NCBI GenBank assembly: GCA_965234725.1
Contig: CBDDUX010000087.1
Coordinates: forward strand, 1-20,883
DNA from: Thermoplasmatota archaeon
GTDB lineage: Archaea; Thermoplasmatota; Penumbrarchaeia; Penumbrarchaeales; Penumbrarchaeaceae
Reading direction: 5' to 3'
DNA length: 20,883 bases
Below are positions 17,356 to 20,883 of this stretch, in pieces; positions within the stretch are counted from its first letter, which is position 1; every line of letters starts with the position of its first letter. The position numbers were made by a program, and so were the translations under genes. Under the pieces are notes generated by a model. That model was given only the letters and a program-made list of their open reading frames with translations, did no database searches and was not told where the DNA came from.

Positions 17356-18226
17356 GGTCCTCTGTGGAGATCTTGTCCCCCTTCTTGAACTTCTCATATA
17401 TCTTCTCGGCTTCTACCTTACCTGTTGCAGGGCTTGGTGCCTGGGGTGCGGACTGTGCCTTTCCAGGTTTCTTCTCCTGACTCCTTCTCCTCTGTTTCAA
17501 TGCATAAAGGATCTTGTCCATATCATGGACCAGATGTATCATCTCGATGTGGTGCTTATGTTCCTCATCTGCCTTTACCTTGGAGGCAACGAAGCTTTCC
17601 TGTGCTGAATCCGCTTCCTTCCTTATCCTGTCGGACTGGGAGAACCTGTCTATCATCTGGTCATGTTCTTTTTGGGCCAGGTCTGCATAGTTATTGACCT
17701 GATGGTGTGCATCGTCCATGTTGGTCTTTGCATCCCTGACCTTGGTGATCAGCTCTTTCATCTCTCCGGTTGCTTCCATCAACTTCTCTTTTTTCCGAAC
17801 CTGATGTTTCAATGAACCTATCTTTTCGACAAGTCCCCTTTCCTTGTCTGCTTCAAGGACAGAGGTCTGCTGTTTGAACTCTAGTCCCTTGAGCTCCTTC
17901 TTCAACTTTGAAAGCGAAACCTCATCATGTGTTGACAATCTGGATTTCCTCTGCTTGTCAAGTTCAGCTTTAAGAGCATTATAATCCCTGGTCAGGACGT
18001 CCCTCACGGACTTCTGCTCCCTGACCTTGCTATTGAGCTCATCACGCTTCTCCTTGAACTTATTAGCTTCCTGGAGAAGCTTTTTTACTTGTGCGTTCAG
18101 CTGATCTCTGGTTTCGGCGAACCTTTTTGTCTCCTGGTTCAGCCTGTCCCTCTTCTTTCTGTGAGCTTCAGCTTCTAAGTTGACCTTATTCCTTTTATCC
18201 TCAAGTTCATCAAGATACTCCGGCAT
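17324..18226 (-). CDS. Conserved archaeal long coiled-coil protein (COG1340-like)
   Basis: Likely start ATG 18226 (track start 18238). Repeated KRD.LN/RD.LN heptads, LEFKQQTSVL..DKE, RKEAD..., C-terminal AEKIYEKFKKGDKISTEDLMLLQK signature. Confidence 0.85.
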   Translation of the reverse strand: MPEYLDELEDKRNKVNLEAEAHRKKRDRLNQETKRFAETRDQLNAQVKKLLQEANKFKEKRDELNSKVREQKSVRDVLTRDYNALKAELDKQRKSRLSTHDEVSLSKLKKELKGLEFKQQTSVLEADKERGLVEKIGSLKHQVRKKEKLMEATGEMKELITKVRDAKTNMDDAHHQVNNYADLAQKEHDQMIDRFSQSDRIRKEADSAQESFVASKVKADEEHKHHIEMIHLVHDMDKILYALKQRRRSQEKKPGKAQSAPQAPSPATGKVEAEKIYEKFKKGDKISTEDLMLLQKYGFL

Positions 18227-18266
18227 TGGACATCCCACGTTCGCAGTTTATGGCACACTGATGGAA

Positions 18267-18366
18267 AGCCTCCCGGATGACCGGGGGCGGGAGGCTATAC
18301 AGGGGCTTCCTTTTTAAAATTTCCCCCAGGACCAGTTATTTTAAGGCGGAATCAAGTATTTAATCC
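18267..18366. promoter_or_regulatory. Divergent promoter region with a GC-rich inverted repeat
   Basis: Minus-strand GGGAAA-TTTTAAAA (18312-18325); plus-strand AT-rich boxes near 18336-18346 and 18357-18364; perfect inverted repeat AGCCTCCCG (18267-18275) / CGGGAGGCT (18288-18296). Confidence 0.5.
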
Positions 18367-18400
18367 AGGTCCACGTTCAACCAGACCAGAGGTGTGAGTA

Positions 18401-19039
18401 TTGGAGACCCTGGAGATAGTGCTCCTTTCAGCTATTGGTCTTCTTGCAGGTTCCCTCTTCATATGGGCCCTTGCAAGCTCCATGATAATTATTCAAGAGT
18501 ATGAGATAGGTGTATATCTTCGTCTGGGCCGGTTCGTCAAGAACCTTGGTCCAGGCCTACATCTTGTGGCTCCCTTCATCTCCAAGGTATACAGAGCTGA
18601 TAAAAGGCTCCAGACATTGGACCTGGGCAGGCAGGAGATCATGACATCCGATCTATCCCCCACTGTAATTGAGGCGATCGTTCAATACAATATCGATAGA
18701 CCGGATCTTTCACTTCTTAAGGTAGATAAATACAAGACGAATCTAAGCCACATAGCACAGACCACTATCCGCAAGCTTGCTCTGGCATATGATCTGGAAT
18801 CCCTGATCAGGGATCAAGACAGATTGAACAAAGATTTCATGAAGAAGATGATGGAGGAGAGCACACCCTTCGGTCTCACTGTGATCAGGACCGAGATTAG
18901 GGAGATAGATCCTGTGGGGCCTGTCAAAGCCGCAATCGAGGACCGGATGGCCGCAGTGAAGGAGAGAGAGGCTATGATCCTCAGGGCTGACGGAAAGAAG
19001 AGGGCCCTTCAACTGGAGTTAGAGGGAAAAAGATCCTGA
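18401..19039 (+). CDS. SPFH (stomatin/prohibitin/band 7) domain membrane protein
   Basis: TTG after GAGGTGTGA; N-terminal TM, then QEYEIGVYLRLGRF...LGPGLHLVAPFI, DKRLQTLD...QEIMTSD, AQTTIR, GLTVIRTEIREIDP and KEREAMILRADG. Confidence 0.92.
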   Translation: METLEIVLLSAIGLLAGSLFIWALASSMIIIQEYEIGVYLRLGRFVKNLGPGLHLVAPFISKVYRADKRLQTLDLGRQEIMTSDLSPTVIEAIVQYNIDRPDLSLLKVDKYKTNLSHIAQTTIRKLALAYDLESLIRDQDRLNKDFMKKMMEESTPFGLTVIRTEIREIDPVGPVKAAIEDRMAAVKEREAMILRADGKKRALQLELEGKRS

Positions 19040-19155
19040 AAAAGTCGTCAAGACCCCCATTTGGAGAATGTAACCCATCTGAATATGGATAATCCCCTTG
19101 TTTAAATACCAGATAATGGGAATTTAATAATAGTGGTAATGTTGTTTCAATCGAG

Positions 19156-20184
19156 ATGGGGAAACGTATCAGCCTTACAGTTGATGAAAGGGTTATTCTT
19201 CACCTTTACGAGTTCATACCTTATGAGGAAGATTTCGAGGCTCCTGGTGACATCACACAGGCCGGTATCGCAAAAGGTATTGGGATCGAGAGAAAGCATG
19301 TTCCCAGAGCGGTAAAAAAACTGATCACGGAGAATCTTGTGGAGACCCGTATATCCCACGTAAAAAGCGGAAGGCAGAGGAAGAAAGTATACTATCTTAC
19401 CTTCGAGGGTAAGGCCCTTGCAAGACGGATCTGGGAATCCCTTGCCAAGAAAATGGTGATTATCAGGGATGAGGATGGAAAAGAAAAGGAGACCTCCTTC
19501 TCGGAGCTGTGTTTCACCTTTCAGGTTGGTAAGACACCCATCCAGCTCCTGATGGAGTTAAAGGATGGAAACTATTACCTTCCAAATGAGGCTCCGGACC
19601 ATCCCGAGAGAATTGAGAGGAAGGAGAAGAAGAAGTCACCTGAAGTTCACGGTGCAAAGGATATCTATAAGAAAGCCCTAAAAAAAGCCTGGGAGGATTC
19701 GATCCTTACAAAGGATGAATCCGCATTATTAAAGGAACTCCGTGATTCACTAGGAATAAGCGAAGAAGAGCACAGAATGCTCCAAGAGGAGATCCTTGGA
19801 GGCAGTGCGGCGATGTCAGAACCTCTGAACAAGATGGAGGTCTACAAGAAGATCCTGGAAGTGGCCATGAGGGATGGAACGATAACTGAGGATGAGCAGG
19901 ATATCCTAGACGAACTGGAGAGGTCCCTTGGAATGGATAGGGAGACCATAACCCAGCTTAAGATGGAGATGAAGCTTATGGAGGGGGAGGGAATTATGAC
20001 AAGGGAGAAGAAACATAACAATTTCAAGGATATCTACTCCTCTGTTATAAGGGAATCAATGAAGGATGGAAGGATATCACGCGATGAACAGAATATCATT
20101 ATACTCCTGAAGAAACTCATGGAGATCGAGGATCAGGAGCATCTCAAGATTTTCGAGAGTATCAATGAGGATAGTGAACGATAG
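19156..20184 (+). CDS. Winged-HTH (MarR-like) protein with three C-terminal TerB-like helical repeats
   Basis: ITQAGIAKGIGIERKHVPRAVKKL...LVE......RKKVYYLTFEG is a wHTH; three copies of Y...L.....DG.IT.DE...L..L...LG follow; TATA TTTAATAA at 19123-19130. Confidence 0.8.
   Translation: MGKRISLTVDERVILHLYEFIPYEEDFEAPGDITQAGIAKGIGIERKHVPRAVKKLITENLVETRISHVKSGRQRKKVYYLTFEGKALARRIWESLAKKMVIIRDEDGKEKETSFSELCFTFQVGKTPIQLLMELKDGNYYLPNEAPDHPERIERKEKKKSPEVHGAKDIYKKALKKAWEDSILTKDESALLKELRDSLGISEEEHRMLQEEILGGSAAMSEPLNKMEVYKKILEVAMRDGTITEDEQDILDELERSLGMDRETITQLKMEMKLMEGEGIMTREKKHNNFKDIYSSVIRESMKDGRISRDEQNIIILLKKLMEIEDQEHLKIFESINEDSER
19660..20165 (+). repeat. Three ~55-65-aa TerB-like protein repeats
   Basis: DIYKKALKKAWEDSILTKDESALLKELRDSLGISEEEH / EVYKKILEVAMRDGTITEDEQDILDELERSLGMDRET / DIYSSVIRESMKDGRISRDEQNIIILLKKLMEIEDQEH. 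Confidence 0.8.
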
Positions 20185-20241
20185 ATTCAAATCCCAATGC
20201 CGGGATTATGACAAAGGTCCGAGTCCCTAGGGGGAAAGAAG

Positions 20242-20523
20242 ATGCTAGAAGAATCAAGCCATATGGAGAGCCTTGAAGTATTCACTCCGTGGGGTGTGAG
20301 CATAGGAATGACCGCCAGTGTGGAGATAGACTCAGAGAATTGTGAGATCGCAAATATATTCCTCGAAGAGACCAATAGTAAGCTGGTGGAAGAAGGCGCC
20401 AGCATACTGATACCCTATAGATGGGTACAGGCAGTGGGGGATATCATTATTCTGAGATATTTCCCTGAGGAACTACCCATCAGGTCAATGGAGGACCTTG
20501 GGCTTGATGAGTACAGGTACTGA
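20242..20523 (+). CDS. PRC-barrel domain protein
   Basis: 93 aa; EVFT..G..IG....VEID and IPYRWVQAVGDIIIL are typical of archaeal stand-alone PRC-barrel proteins. Confidence 0.85.
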   Translation: MLEESSHMESLEVFTPWGVSIGMTASVEIDSENCEIANIFLEETNSKLVEEGASILIPYRWVQAVGDIIILRYFPEELPIRSMEDLGLDEYRY

Positions 20524-20531
20524 GTGATATA

Positions 20532-20759
20532 ATGGCAGCCAGAAAGGATTCCGTAGAAAGGACCTGCGAGGTCAAGGGATGCTCGAACAAGGCCGAGAGG
20601 TCAGTTAGTATCAAGAAGATAGCAAAGGCCGGTCTTTCCATCGAGGGAAAAGCTGGCAATGCACATATTTGCAAGGAACATTACAGGGATTACAAGAAAG
20701 CCACAAAAGAGGACCGTAAGCTCGAGAGGCTTGGTTGGGGAAATCCTGGAGCGCCGTAA
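20532..20759 (+). CDS. Small conserved archaeal putative zinc-binding protein
   Basis: 75 aa, basic; C-x4-C (CEVKGC)...AERS and C-x2-H (ICKEHY..YKK..K.DR.LERL); RBS-like GAGTGA overlapping the upstream stop. Confidence 0.75.
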   Translation: MAARKDSVERTCEVKGCSNKAERSVSIKKIAKAGLSIEGKAGNAHICKEHYRDYKKATKEDRKLERLGWGNPGAP

Positions 20760-20770
20760 AGATAATATCC

Positions 20771-20783
20771 AAGGATTTTATCC
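20771..20783 (+). promoter_or_regulatory. BRE/TATA promoter of the tRNA gene
   Basis: AAGGA-TTTTATC; the T-run starts at 20776, 29 nt before the mature tRNA 5' end. Confidence 0.45.
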
Positions 20784-20804
20784 CCAACTTAACCCAATAA
20801 TAAC

Positions 20805-20882
20805 GGGCATGTAGTCTAGCTTGGTCAAGGCGACAGCCTCCTAAGCTGTAGGTCTCCGGTTCGAATCCGGTCATGCCCGCCA
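20805..20882 (+). tRNA. tRNA-Arg (anticodon CCT), intronless, CCA encoded
   Basis: Acceptor GGGCATG/CATGCCC, D arm GTCT/AGGC, anticodon stem ACAGC/GCTGT with loop CT-CCT-AA (anticodon 20840-20842), T loop TTCGAAT, discriminator G, CCA at 20880-20882. Confidence 0.97.
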
Positions 20883-20883
20883 T

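Noticed and set aside
16000..18226. A phosphoserine pathway formed by the HAD hydrolase or the coiled-coil protein together with the SepRS homologue
   Set aside because: The HAD has PGP-like rather than SerB motifs, and the coiled-coil protein, although often labelled phosphoserine phosphatase, has no HAD catalytic motif.
1174..20883. The many short overlapping ORFs in the six-frame track (e.g. 9112-9603 +, 11470-11979 -, 14796-15332 -, 20611-20883 -)
   Set aside because: They are antisense or alternate-frame shadows of well-supported genes or the tRNA, with no recognisable motifs.
1..20883. CRISPR array, transposase or prophage genes; integration site at the tRNA
   Set aside because: No regularly spaced DNA repeats or mobile-element proteins were seen; the window ends one base after the tRNA CCA, so an att site cannot be assessed.

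Overview
Archaeal chromosomal segment, probably Thermoplasmatota (inferred from gene content, archaeal BRE/TATA promoters and a CCA-encoded tRNA). The left part (1-11.9 kb) is a cell-envelope block: three large secreted, C-terminally membrane-anchored proteins, an EamA/DMT transporter and a three-gene MacB/LolCDE-type ABC system with unusually small permeases. The right part (12-20.9 kb) is an RNA/DNA-processing block: translin/TRAX-family nuclease, a strongly diverged O-phosphoseryl-tRNA synthetase (SepRS) homologue, bacterial-type RecJ, HAD phosphatase, Nep1/EMG1 rRNA methyltransferase, archaeal coiled-coil protein, SPFH protein, wHTH protein with three TerB-like repeats, PRC-barrel protein, small zinc-binding protein and tRNA-Arg(CCT). 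The most striking item is the SepRS homologue. It keeps the SepRS scaffold, class II ATP-binding motifs 2 and 3 and the anticodon-binding domain, but has lost most phosphoserine-binding residues, carries PheRS-like pocket motifs (FPF loop, GTCGMV) and has a changed anticodon-reading residue. It is a candidate aaRS paralogue with a new substrate or a non-canonical role, translationally coupled to a translin nuclease. No CRISPR array or mobile element was seen. All family assignments are by eye from recalled motifs; no search was run.
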